In this document: positions 8,501 through 17,259 of the stretch, in pieces
How the letters are laid out: each line of letters begins with the position of its first letter
How positions within the stretch are numbered: position 1 is the stretch's first letter
Source of the DNA: a virus
Taxonomy: Duplodnaviria > Caudoviricetes
DNA length: 64,000 nt
IMG/VR virus record: IMGVR_UViG_3300031414_000005
Direction: 5' to 3' (one strand)
The notes under the pieces: model-generated
What the model saw: only the letters and a program-made list of their open reading frames with translations
The model's database searches: none
Told to the model about the DNA's origin: nothing
Translations under genes and position numbers: made by a program

Positions 8501-8538
8501 CGGCGAACCCAATTAACCCTGAGTAAGTGCACCACTTC

Positions 8539-8564
8539 GGAGGCCTTCGGGCCTCCATCTTTTT
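8539..8564 (+). terminator. intrinsic terminator GGAGGCC-TTCG-GGCCTCC
   Basis: UUCG hairpin followed by U tract. Confidence 0.8.
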
Positions 8565-8641
8565 CATCTCTTTTTTTTATGTAAAGAATTACGTGTTCAC
8601 GTATTACTATGTGACACTGATCCATACAACAGGAAATTACA

Positions 8642-9799
8642 ATGAAAGACACAGCCCCAAAGAAAAAGAACCTGAAGCAAGAACGCAAAGAATTCCAGCG
8701 TCAGCGTGAAGAACTCCGCCTCGATATCAAACAGAGTCTGGCGTCCTATATGGAACACCAGGCTAAACGTCTGGCCGAACAGCTCGGTCAAGAACGCGGT
8801 GAGCAGATCCGTGTGGTGGTGTATGGCGCTGATGCGATCTATAACCACGAAGAAGACCGTTTCTATGCCTCGGTGTATTGCAAGTTCAACCATGCCGGTG
8901 CTGAACTCCAGAGCGCGAACTACAGCCTCAACCCGAACACCTTTAAAGGTCAGTTCCAACCCACGTACCTGCCGTACCTGATCCCCGAGATCAAATGTGA
9001 AGGCGAGTTTAATTTCATTACTGATGCCACCCGTGAAGCGCACGACCTGGCCTGGGACAGTTTCAAAGTGTTACTGAACCTGTACGGTGATAAACTGGAC
9101 AACCTGCGTGACTACGTGAAAAGCGAAGCGAGCCTGGCCGGTAAAGAAGTCGGTGCTCACCTCTACCGTGGTGAAGATGGGTTGATCGGTGTCGTGATCC
9201 AGGTCAACTCCGATAAGCAGGTGTTACTGGGTACGGCGAAGTCTGACGAAGAGCGCCCGTACATCGACAACATGGCCACTGCCATTGAGATCGATACCCT
9301 GCGCAATGTGGTGCCAAAGACCCGTGCGAAGGTTGTAGCCGAAGAACACCTGTTCTTTGACTACATGGTCGGTCAAATCTTTGAACAGCTGCACAACCGT
9401 GGCTGGGAAACCGTACAGACTGTCTCTAACGAAGAGCTGCCGAAGTACGTCGAAGAAACCGTCGCTGAAGCCCTGCGTCTGATTGCGGAAATCCGTGACG
9501 ACGAAGAGATGAAAGCCAAAGCCGCGGAACCGTACGACTACCCGATCACCGGCCTGCGTATCGACAGCAACTTCCTACTGTATTACACCGCCAACGACTA
9601 TGCGATTGATTGTGCAGATCAGGACGCATTGAAGGTGTTGGCACGTCGTACCCCAATGCGTGTCTGGGTACAGGCTGAAATGAAACTGGTTGAGCAGTTA
9701 ATCGAACAAGGTATCATTGATCAGAAAGATACCAAGCGTCCGGTCAACCCGCCAGTGAAAGAAGGTTACGACGCACCGGTCGCCGAAGAAACCGAATAA
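8642..9799 (+). CDS. hypothetical protein (385 aa)
   Basis: AGGA RBS; strong high-expression codon bias; followed by a terminator. Confidence 0.85.
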   Translation: MKDTAPKKKNLKQERKEFQRQREELRLDIKQSLASYMEHQAKRLAEQLGQERGEQIRVVVYGADAIYNHEEDRFYASVYCKFNHAGAELQSANYSLNPNTFKGQFQPTYLPYLIPEIKCEGEFNFITDATREAHDLAWDSFKVLLNLYGDKLDNLRDYVKSEASLAGKEVGAHLYRGEDGLIGVVIQVNSDKQVLLGTAKSDEERPYIDNMATAIEIDTLRNVVPKTRAKVVAEEHLFFDYMVGQIFEQLHNRGWETVQTVSNEELPKYVEETVAEALRLIAEIRDDEEMKAKAAEPYDYPITGLRIDSNFLLYYTANDYAIDCADQDALKVLARRTPMRVWVQAEMKLVEQLIEQGIIDQKDTKRPVNPPVKEGYDAPVAEETE

Positions 9800-9826
9800 C
9801 ACCGAACCTCCCAACACCAGGGGAGC

Positions 9827-9857
9827 GAGCCTACTGCTTCGGCAGTAGGCTCTTTTT
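9827..9857 (+). terminator. intrinsic terminator GAGCCTACTGC-TTCG-GCAGTAGGCTC
   Basis: 11-bp perfect stem, UUCG loop, TTTTT. Confidence 0.9.
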
Positions 9858-9861
9858 ACGC

Positions 9862-9905
9862 AATTTAGATTGCAGTGTGGTTGAGGTCTATATTACCCAT
9901 GTGAA
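9862..9905 (+). promoter_or_regulatory. early-type promoter, copy 3 (AATTTAGATTGCAG-N12-CTATATTACC)
   Basis: Contains an exact TATATTAC; same 12-nt spacer as copies 1 and 2. Confidence 0.75.
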
Positions 9906-9934
9906 TAGGAAACGTAGTTCTCTTAGGAGCCATA

Positions 9935-10984
9935 GTGCAGATCAGTAATATCAATGTTCACGCCGGGTTCCCGACGTTGCTGTCTAATGAAGAATTCGCC
10001 AGCATCGCCCAACAAAGCAAAGGTAACGGAGACGTATTCCGCCAGCAACTGCGCGAAGCGTTGCATGAGAAATTGAATACACCCCCGATGCGTGAACTCC
10101 GGTTTACGCTGTGCTATTACGCGCTTCCCTATGCTTATACCCGTCCCGGTACCAACGGGATTAACACATCGAACTTAGTACAAGGAAATAAAACCATGGG
10201 CCGTCCAAACAACAAGCCACAGAACCGTACCGACAAAGCTGCACCACAGTTAACTTTAGCCGGCGTGAAAGAAGCGATTCTCTCACACACCCCACTGGCT
10301 GATGAAAGCGAGCTGGAGAAAGCAGCCTACGCGGTACTCACCCGGGTTACCAAACGTCACATGAGTCTGACCGATGCACTCGATGATGTCCTGGTTCCGA
10401 AGCAGCCTGAATTCGTTGAAGTCCAACTGGACCTTGACCAATTCGACGATGATACCCGTGAGAAAATCGCACAGCAAATCATCGCCCTCCGGAAAGAACA
10501 ACCGCAGCTGTCGAATGACGACGCCTTGCAGTTAATCTTAACCTCCATTATCGAAACCACCGTTCACACGCCTAACGAGGTAGTCACCATGTCAGAACAA
10601 ACCAACACCAACAGCAACACCCTGAACCTGACCCCGGTTAGCGAAGCTGTTCAGCAGGGCGTGCGGAGTACAGAACCTACATCAAACCAGCAGGCGATAA
10701 TAGATATGATAGTACGGGACGGCAGCGAAGCTCATCTGCCAGAAGCGTCAGTCGAAGAAAGCCTGGAAGAGTTGCGTGCCAAAGAAGAAGCCTACGTGGC
10801 GGATCACGGTGCGGAACTGCAAGCCAACCTGGTCACCGGGAACAGCCCTAACTGGAAACTGGTCGGTGGGATTGCTGCGGGTCTGGCGCTGTTGGGTGTG
10901 GCCGGTTATGTCGGCTACCGCTATTACCAGCGTCAGCAGGACGGCGTACCGAATCTCACTGTAAACGATGCAGAAGAGATCTGA
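9935..10984 (+). CDS. tail-anchored membrane protein (349 aa) with internal in-frame starts
   Basis: AGGAG RBS + GTG; C-terminal TM helix WKLVGGIAAGLALLGVAGYVGYRYY. Confidence 0.75.
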   Translation: MQISNINVHAGFPTLLSNEEFASIAQQSKGNGDVFRQQLREALHEKLNTPPMRELRFTLCYYALPYAYTRPGTNGINTSNLVQGNKTMGRPNNKPQNRTDKAAPQLTLAGVKEAILSHTPLADESELEKAAYAVLTRVTKRHMSLTDALDDVLVPKQPEFVEVQLDLDQFDDDTREKIAQQIIALRKEQPQLSNDDALQLILTSIIETTVHTPNEVVTMSEQTNTNSNTLNLTPVSEAVQQGVRSTEPTSNQQAIIDMIVRDGSEAHLPEASVEESLEELRAKEEAYVADHGAELQANLVTGNSPNWKLVGGIAAGLALLGVAGYVGYRYYQRQQDGVPNLTVNDAEEI

Positions 10985-10990
10985 TTAAAT

Positions 10991-11029
10991 GAGGAGCCTT
11001 CGGGCTCCTCTTCATTCGGCTCTTTTTTT
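10991..11029 (+). terminator. intrinsic terminator GAGGAGCC-TTCG-GGCTCCTC
   Basis: 8-bp stem, UUCG loop, downstream U tract. Confidence 0.8.
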
Positions 11030-11070
11030 TGCCTATTTTCTGACAGTGAGAATAAATAAAGGGCTGCATC

Positions 11071-11541
11071 ATGCTAACTGAAGCTGTACTGCGGATCATC
11101 CTCACCGCGGCGATTGGGCTGCTGGGATGGTTCATTGTTTATCGGCACCGGGTGCAAGCAGAACGTGTGGTGGAATCTCTGAGTCAGAAAAACTTAATGA
11201 GTTCGTTACGCTACCACAACCCGGCGCTTAAGGAGTCGTGTGCTTACCACGTGATCTACGGGTCATTGAAGACCCGCTACCGGTCACCCCTCGCATTGCA
11301 ACTCACCCCACAACGGGAAGCGGTGATGGACACGCTGGCCATGGGGTTGTTGTGTGCGGTCACCATCGAATTGCGCGAACCGTTTTTGATTCTGTCGACC
11401 CTGGCAGAATGCATTCGGCTTGAACACAAGGTGTCTACCAGTGTGTTTATCAATGACAAAGGAGCGATGGAACTGGTCATCCGTGAACCTACGTATGAAC
11501 TGTACTACTTCGTGTTTCATTCGAAAGAGATTCTCATTTAG
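11071..11541 (+). CDS. N-terminally anchored membrane protein (156 aa)
   Basis: N-terminal TM helix followed by basic residues. Confidence 0.75.
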   Translation: MLTEAVLRIILTAAIGLLGWFIVYRHRVQAERVVESLSQKNLMSSLRYHNPALKESCAYHVIYGSLKTRYRSPLALQLTPQREAVMDTLAMGLLCAVTIELREPFLILSTLAECIRLEHKVSTSVFINDKGAMELVIREPTYELYYFVFHSKEILI

Positions 11542-11555
11542 AATAGGTAGCCATC

Positions 11556-11918
11556 ATGGGCCATAACGCCATTCTTCTATTGTTCGTTTTTGTGGTGCTG
11601 GTTTTGTTATTCGTTTTAATGGTGCGTTTCGTCGTGGGTCGACTGGAGGCTTATTCGACGGTGTTTAACAACACCATCGGACAGAACGTGTTTTATTCAC
11701 TGACATATCTCGACAACTATATCCATGACAGTCCGGACCCGGTGACGGTGATGGGTGTCAAGACCAAACTGGATTACTTAACCAATGACCCGATCTATCG
11801 GTTGCAAATGGAGTTGGTTGAGAACCACACCCCACTGGCGCATGCGGTGGTCTTTAAAACCCGTCAGGGGGTGGTGGTGCACCGCGCGTTATACCAAACG
11901 ACGTTGTTTGCAAAATAG
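11556..11918 (+). CDS. N-terminally anchored membrane protein (120 aa)
   Basis: AGGT RBS; strongly hydrophobic N-terminus. Confidence 0.75.
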   Translation: MGHNAILLLFVFVVLVLLFVLMVRFVVGRLEAYSTVFNNTIGQNVFYSLTYLDNYIHDSPDPVTVMGVKTKLDYLTNDPIYRLQMELVENHTPLAHAVVFKTRQGVVVHRALYQTTLFAK

Positions 11919-11921
11919 CCT

Positions 11922-11953
11922 AAAGAGGGAGAGGCTTGCGCCTCTCCCTTTTC
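11922..11953. terminator. bidirectional terminator GGGAGAGGC-TTGC-GCCTCTCCC
   Basis: 9-bp stem flanked by A and T runs between convergent genes. Confidence 0.85.
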
Positions 11954-11955
11954 AG

Positions 11956-12573
11956 TCATTTACTTTTGGCTTGGTCCTCGTAGTAATCAATGGTCGCTTG
12001 CAGTTGACTCACCTGCGCTTCCAATTGAAGAATACGGGCTTTATCAGTGGAAGCGTTGGTGATCTTTTCCAACCGGGCGGCTTCATTCAGGCGGTACTGC
12101 TCTGCGCTGATAAACCCGGTACTGGGAATGACCCCAACCGTGACCGTGGCGGTTACCCCGATGGTGGCTAACGTCTCATCGATTAGCCGTTGCTTTAATG
12201 TGGTGAGGGTGTCTCGCAACTCAGCCGGCACCAGACCACAATCAATGCCCAGGATTAAACGCTCTTGCAGAACCCCGTTATCATCCGGATAGGTGTCGAT
12301 GTACGTGGACGGGATGTACACCGGTGCACGGGTACCGGAGGTTAAGGTGATGATGTCCGCATTGGCGTCCAGGTCCACCTGGTATTGCACCGCGGTTAAG
12401 CCGGCCGGGGTGTAAACCTGCGCCACCACATCAACGTCTTCGCCCAGCATCTCTGGAATCGTGCGCGTGGCAGAAACCGTGTAGCGGGTGTTAGGGTCGA
12501 GCAGTGCATCAAACGGTGTCTTGGCAGTGAACTTACCTGTGACACGTAGCGGGGGAGTAATACTGGTGGCCAC
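11956..12573 (-). CDS. putative virion structural protein (205 aa)
   Basis: Late-oriented gene with C-terminal coiled coil; in the conserved phiKZ-like block next to RNase H. Confidence 0.6.
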   Translation of the reverse strand: MATSITPPLRVTGKFTAKTPFDALLDPNTRYTVSATRTIPEMLGEDVDVVAQVYTPAGLTAVQYQVDLDANADIITLTSGTRAPVYIPSTYIDTYPDDNGVLQERLILGIDCGLVPAELRDTLTTLKQRLIDETLATIGVTATVTVGVIPSTGFISAEQYRLNEAARLEKITNASTDKARILQLEAQVSQLQATIDYYEDQAKSK

Positions 12574-12586
12574 AGGCCCTCCTTAC

Positions 12587-13906
12587 TTACGAAGCGGTTT
12601 GAATCGATTGCAGGTACCCTTTGGTGACCATCAGGTATTTGACCCCGTTGATCGTCTTAGTGGTGTACAGCACCCCATCACGCTCGGCCCGCGATACCTC
12701 GATCGGTACCTCGGTGTCTTCGGTCATGGTTTCCGCTGCCAGCAACATCTGTTCAACCGCCAGAATGAAATCCGTGGTGGCTTTGGTCATGAGATCAAAG
12801 TCTTTGTCACGGCTTGGAATCAGGCTGTAATCCGGGTACAAGGTGCGCAGTTTGATCAACCCATCCCGGTTCGTCGGTTTCCCCAAGGTCAGGATATTGA
12901 TCGACTTGTACAGACTCGGAAAAGTCTGAAGGGATTTTATGATGTGAGTTTGTTCAAAATTACGAAAGACCTTTGTCGGTTGGTCGAGCAGGGTTTCATA
13001 ATCGCCTACAGGTGAGTACTGCGCCTGTTGGGTGGTCTTGTTAGGAATCCCGTTCTCTAACCAGTTCGGCAACAGATAGAACTCCATGGGATTAAAAAGA
13101 TCAGGCAGGACCTCTTCCCATTCTTCCCGTGTGTGTTTTGAACTCCCCAGGATGGTATTGCGAATCGCTTCGTAGATATCGTCTTCGCTCACCGCACTAC
13201 CGCCATAATAGACAATTGTCCAGTATGCATCGTTGGTATTGGGTTTGTTTACCGTATCATGCACAGCAAAACCATACGTCTTCAGGCCAGACTCTGGGTA
13301 CTTTGATCGGGCAGCATTCAGTCGGGTGACAAACTTGTCCTGGGTTTCCTGTGCCAACCGGGTGGCGACATTCTTGTAGTTTTGAAACAAGGCGTCGATT
13401 TCACTGTCTGGCACAGGGCCTACGACCAGGTATTCCCGACGTGGGTACTGTACTGAAAAGGCACCGTCAGCGAACCAGATCTTGACATTGATCTCGCTGT
13501 TGGTCTTCAGGTTACCCGAGAACCAAGCAGGCATCCAGATCGTCCCGTTGGTTTCCATTTCCCCAATGGTCAGGTTATCCCAGACACTGTCGAACTCCGC
13601 TTTGAGTTGCTGGAGCGCAGTGGCACCGGAATCCGTCAGGTTACCCGCGTTGGCTTGATTATAGATCCACGAACACAACTTTAGAATGCCATCTGACAGA
13701 GCATCCGGCAAGGCTGCGTGGTCGTTGCCGATCTCAGAAACAAATGCCATCAAGGTGACATTTGGGTACGTGGTGTTGTCATACACCCCGATATCTTTTG
13801 AGAACGACACAGATTGGCTGGACAACTCACCGAGCGGTGAGGTCGTGAGTTTGGTGTTATCGAAAAGAGCAGGTATTGCGCAGAAACCCAATACGGCGTT
13901 ACTCAT
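12587..13906 (-). CDS. putative virion structural protein (439 aa)
   Basis: AGGA RBS; late-type TATG motif upstream; conserved-looking phiKZ-like block. Confidence 0.6.
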   Translation of the reverse strand: MSNAVLGFCAIPALFDNTKLTTSPLGELSSQSVSFSKDIGVYDNTTYPNVTLMAFVSEIGNDHAALPDALSDGILKLCSWIYNQANAGNLTDSGATALQQLKAEFDSVWDNLTIGEMETNGTIWMPAWFSGNLKTNSEINVKIWFADGAFSVQYPRREYLVVGPVPDSEIDALFQNYKNVATRLAQETQDKFVTRLNAARSKYPESGLKTYGFAVHDTVNKPNTNDAYWTIVYYGGSAVSEDDIYEAIRNTILGSSKHTREEWEEVLPDLFNPMEFYLLPNWLENGIPNKTTQQAQYSPVGDYETLLDQPTKVFRNFEQTHIIKSLQTFPSLYKSINILTLGKPTNRDGLIKLRTLYPDYSLIPSRDKDFDLMTKATTDFILAVEQMLLAAETMTEDTEVPIEVSRAERDGVLYTTKTINGVKYLMVTKGYLQSIQTAS

Positions 13907-13983
13907 GGCGTATTCCTTTTTGAAACGATTAAACTAAACATACGATTCACTGACAATCGGTATATAAGAATAGAGGTATTACT

Positions 13984-14412
13984 GTGGGCACTGTTTTCAT
14001 TCGCTTGCTGTATTTTTTGTTGCCGTACCTCGTGAAGAACTCCAAGCGGTTTATGAGCGACGGGCGTTCTCATCACACGGTGTCGGACAAGTTACGTAAA
14101 GCGTATTTCATTATTGTTGCTTTGGTCATGATCGTTATCATGGGGTTTGGTTACGGTGGCTACCGTTATTATATCCTGTTCAAGAGTCAGCGCGTGTTGG
14201 AAGAGTCAGTGGCGGATTTGCGCCGGGCCCAACCAGACAGCAAACTGGCGGCGGACGTTGTGGGACAGAACCAAAAACTGCTGCACAACATTACCGACCT
14301 GATCACCTTGAACCGGGATCTGCAAGACCAGAACCTGAAACTCAGCAACGAAAACAAAACGTATCGTTGGAAGCTGGGTATCGATGACGAAGGCAATCCG
14401 TTGAACAAGTAA
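13984..14412 (+). CDS. membrane protein with TM helix and coiled coil (possible lysis or spanin-like protein)
   Basis: GAGGT RBS + GTG; TM AYFIIVALVMIVIMGFGYGGY followed by heptad coiled coil. Confidence 0.6.
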   Translation: MGTVFIRLLYFLLPYLVKNSKRFMSDGRSHHTVSDKLRKAYFIIVALVMIVIMGFGYGGYRYYILFKSQRVLEESVADLRRAQPDSKLAADVVGQNQKLLHNITDLITLNRDLQDQNLKLSNENKTYRWKLGIDDEGNPLNK

Positions 14413-14473
14413 AAAATAACGCAGTACCGTATTGTTTGTAAACGGATTGCTGAATATTTCCAGAGGTCAAAAA

Positions 14474-15973
14474 ATGAGTGATGTAAAACCCGATGACGTT
14501 GAAGCGTCAAAGACATGTTTGGTGCTTTATACCGATGGTGGCGCACGCCCGAATCCTGGCAATGCCGGGTGGGGGTTGCACGGGTATTCATACCCATTGG
14601 TTGACAACGACAAACGTAAGAAGAAGAAACTGGCCACCGGTGTCCCGACCAAAATCGGGTACTACGTGAACCAGAAAGTCAGTGAAGATGATGTCGTCCG
14701 GCCTGAGCGCATTTATGAGTTCGCGGGCGGCATCTCTACCAACGGCACCAACAACCAGGGTGAAATGACGGCTACCCTTAATGGGCTGGAATTGGCCTTG
14801 GAAGTGGGTGCGCATAGCGTTAACATCATCAGTGATTCAGAATACACCGGCAAAGGTGTACGTGAAGGCATCCCTAAATGGAAAAAGGACAACTGGAAAA
14901 CCAAAACCGGTGAAGACCGTCCGAACAAAGACATTTGGATCAAGTTGGATACAGTCGTGCAGCAGCTGAAAGAACGCGGCACCATTGTTGACATCAGCTG
15001 GATCAAGGGGCACAACGGGCACAAGGGGAACTCTGAAGCGGATGCGCAAGCAACCAAAGGGGTGTACCTGGCTCGCAAGCAAGACTTCACACCGGTGCGT
15101 AACACCTATGAATTTGCTGATTACGACAAGTCGAGTCATGGCATGTCGGCATTAGCATTTACCCCGCGGTGGTTTTATAATTCCGAGCGAGAAGATTTCT
15201 TTGAACGGAATGATGAAGGTTTCCGGGTGTATTACCTGGGACGTCAACCAGACGATAAAGAGTATTACGGTAAACCAACGCCTGATGTGACCTTTTCGGT
15301 GCTGTGGTCGCATGGTGGTGAACCGATTATCGATAAACTGTTTGACTACAGTCGGAAACACTTGCCGAATCCAAAAGGCAATCTGTGTGTGGGTAACTTG
15401 CAGCGTGCGAAGTTGGCTACACAACACCGTGATTTGGTCGGGGGCGCGCAACCAGTGTATGACCTGAAGGATGGGGTGTATCTGGTGAACACGTCCGATG
15501 AGGTAGTGATGGAAGTGCGCAATCCACCGGGGATCTCTTACCGGGTAATGGAGTGTCTGCACAACGTTGAAGCGATTTTGCGTGAAGCCTTCCACGGCCG
15601 GACTTCTGACCAGTTGACTTTCCAGGATATCACGGCGTCATTCTTTACCGAGAAAGAAGCCAAAGGAAAGAAAACCTTTGAAGTGCGCAAAGACATCACA
15701 CCGATTACGAAGTACGTCGATGTGATGGTGGATTTCCCAGGTGCAGTGAAGCCTGTGAAAACCCGCTTAACGTTTGAAATCGACTGCCCTTCTCGATCGG
15801 TATTCAATGCCATCAAGGGAGAGGACCCCCAGATCCTGTTGTTCATTGCGAAGGAAGGTACCGGCGGCTATCGCTACGGTACGATCGTGAAGACCAAGCA
15901 GGACTGGAGTGCAACAGCATCCGTACATGCAAATCTGCGCGTCTTATCGCTGGAGGAGCTTGGGAGGAAATGA
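14474..15973 (+). CDS. rnhA: ribonuclease HI with long C-terminal extension (phiKZ gp155-like)
   Basis: Catalytic motifs YTDGG..NPG..GWG, TNNQGE, ISDSEY, WIKGHNGHKGNSEAD; start placed at ATG14474 after GAGG. Confidence 0.9.
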   Translation: MSDVKPDDVEASKTCLVLYTDGGARPNPGNAGWGLHGYSYPLVDNDKRKKKKLATGVPTKIGYYVNQKVSEDDVVRPERIYEFAGGISTNGTNNQGEMTATLNGLELALEVGAHSVNIISDSEYTGKGVREGIPKWKKDNWKTKTGEDRPNKDIWIKLDTVVQQLKERGTIVDISWIKGHNGHKGNSEADAQATKGVYLARKQDFTPVRNTYEFADYDKSSHGMSALAFTPRWFYNSEREDFFERNDEGFRVYYLGRQPDDKEYYGKPTPDVTFSVLWSHGGEPIIDKLFDYSRKHLPNPKGNLCVGNLQRAKLATQHRDLVGGAQPVYDLKDGVYLVNTSDEVVMEVRNPPGISYRVMECLHNVEAILREAFHGRTSDQLTFQDITASFFTEKEAKGKKTFEVRKDITPITKYVDVMVDFPGAVKPVKTRLTFEIDCPSRSVFNAIKGEDPQILLFIAKEGTGGYRYGTIVKTKQDWSATASVHANLRVLSLEELGRK

Positions 15974-16335
15974 TGGGTACGTTGATACACAGCTTGCAAG
16001 GCATGGTGGATCGCGTCAGAGCATATCTACAGGAAGAAGTGGTGGATCAGGATGCCGATCGTCGGTGTTTGTTAGTGGTGGCGTTAGCCCGCTACCGCGA
16101 CCGTGAGGTTAATCTCAATGACCTGAATCGCCGCTACTCCCTGACCGCTGACGCCAGCCAGCTTAAACGCTATTACGACTTGTCAGTTTTTCTGCATGAC
16201 CAGTTGGATACGGTGTTTGAGAAGGTGGATTTCCGCAAGCCCGACAATGTGATCGAAAGTTTACCGGAGTGGCTGGTGTACCACAATACCAACCAGCTAC
16301 GCCGGGACATTATCCAGTTTGCTACGCGACATTGA
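15970..16335 (+). CDS. conserved hypothetical protein (121 aa)
   Basis: GGAGG RBS; ATGA overlap with the RNase H gene. Confidence 0.8.
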   Translation: MMGTLIHSLQGMVDRVRAYLQEEVVDQDADRRCLLVVALARYRDREVNLNDLNRRYSLTADASQLKRYYDLSVFLHDQLDTVFEKVDFRKPDNVIESLPEWLVYHNTNQLRRDIIQFATRH

Positions 16336-16344
16336 TGTAACCTT

Positions 16345-16376
16345 AAAAGAGGAGCCCACACGGGCTCCTCTTATTT
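16345..16376. terminator. bidirectional terminator GAGGAGCCC-ACAC-GGGCTCCTC
   Basis: Perfect stem between convergent genes; identical copy at 23809. Confidence 0.85.
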
Positions 16377-16385
16377 CAGCGCTTT

Positions 16386-17165
16386 TTATTTTGCCAGACG
16401 TTTGGCGGTTTCGGTCAGGGCGTTACCGGTCTGGATCGTCAGAGCAAACACCGAGCCGGCAAAGGTCACAAACCGGGCCATTTCCATCAGCTTCTCGGCA
16501 ATGAACTTGTTCCCGGTGGTGTCACCCAGGTCCACTTCACCCGACTCCATGAGTTTGTACAGGATATCGCTCAGTTCGTCCGTACGCGCCACACGACGAT
16601 GGAACTCAGCCGGGGCCGTGATCTTGACAGAACGCACACCCTGGTTGAATTTCTCTACCGTTGCTGGGAACGCACCCAGTGAGGTAAATGCTTGGCCAAA
16701 GGTTACCGTGGTGGGTTTGTCGGTGATCCAGGTTTTCAGCGCATCCTGTTTTGCCAACATGGTCTTAAAATTCGGGGCCATGCTGATGTTCAGGTTGCCG
16801 TCGGAGATCACTTTACCTAACCAGCGATTAAACGCATCCAGCTCGCTTGAGGTGGTTTTATTTACCAACCACAGACATTCGGTCAGTGTGACCACAAAGT
16901 CGGTCATGTTGCCTTGGAAGCCGTCTGGTGTGATGATGAACTTCGGCATCAGATCCATGTAGTTCTTGCGGTCTTCAATCCCGCGGGCAGGACCGAGGTC
17001 AGCCACCACTAAGGGTTTACGAAACACATCCAATCCTTTGCGGATGTATGAGGACAGATCGAAGAGCAACCCCTTCATGCTGTCTTTCCAGGCCATGTCT
17101 TCCATCCCGGTGTTCGGTTGGAAAATAGTCTGTAACTGTTGTTCAAGAGATTGCAATTCGTTCAT
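16386..17165 (-). CDS. putative virion head protein (259 aa)
   Basis: Short N-terminal segment ending in NTGME, a likely propeptide; late-type motif upstream. Confidence 0.6.
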   Translation of the reverse strand: MNELQSLEQQLQTIFQPNTGMEDMAWKDSMKGLLFDLSSYIRKGLDVFRKPLVVADLGPARGIEDRKNYMDLMPKFIITPDGFQGNMTDFVVTLTECLWLVNKTTSSELDAFNRWLGKVISDGNLNISMAPNFKTMLAKQDALKTWITDKPTTVTFGQAFTSLGAFPATVEKFNQGVRSVKITAPAEFHRRVARTDELSDILYKLMESGEVDLGDTTGNKFIAEKLMEMARFVTFAGSVFALTIQTGNALTETAKRLAK

Positions 17166-17259
17166 TGTAAATAGTCCCTAATAGGTCAACTGTAGTTTTA
17201 AACATAGAATCTCTTTCTATAGGTCAAAAAGAACTTTTTCCAGTCAAGGAATCTAATCA

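Noticed and set aside
152-10645. 15-nt match ACCCCGGTTAGCGAA (TPVSE) shared by gene 33-842 and gene 9935-10984, plus a short ELTPVSELTP tandem
   Set aside because: About one or two 15-mer matches are expected by chance in 64 kb; there is no extended similarity.
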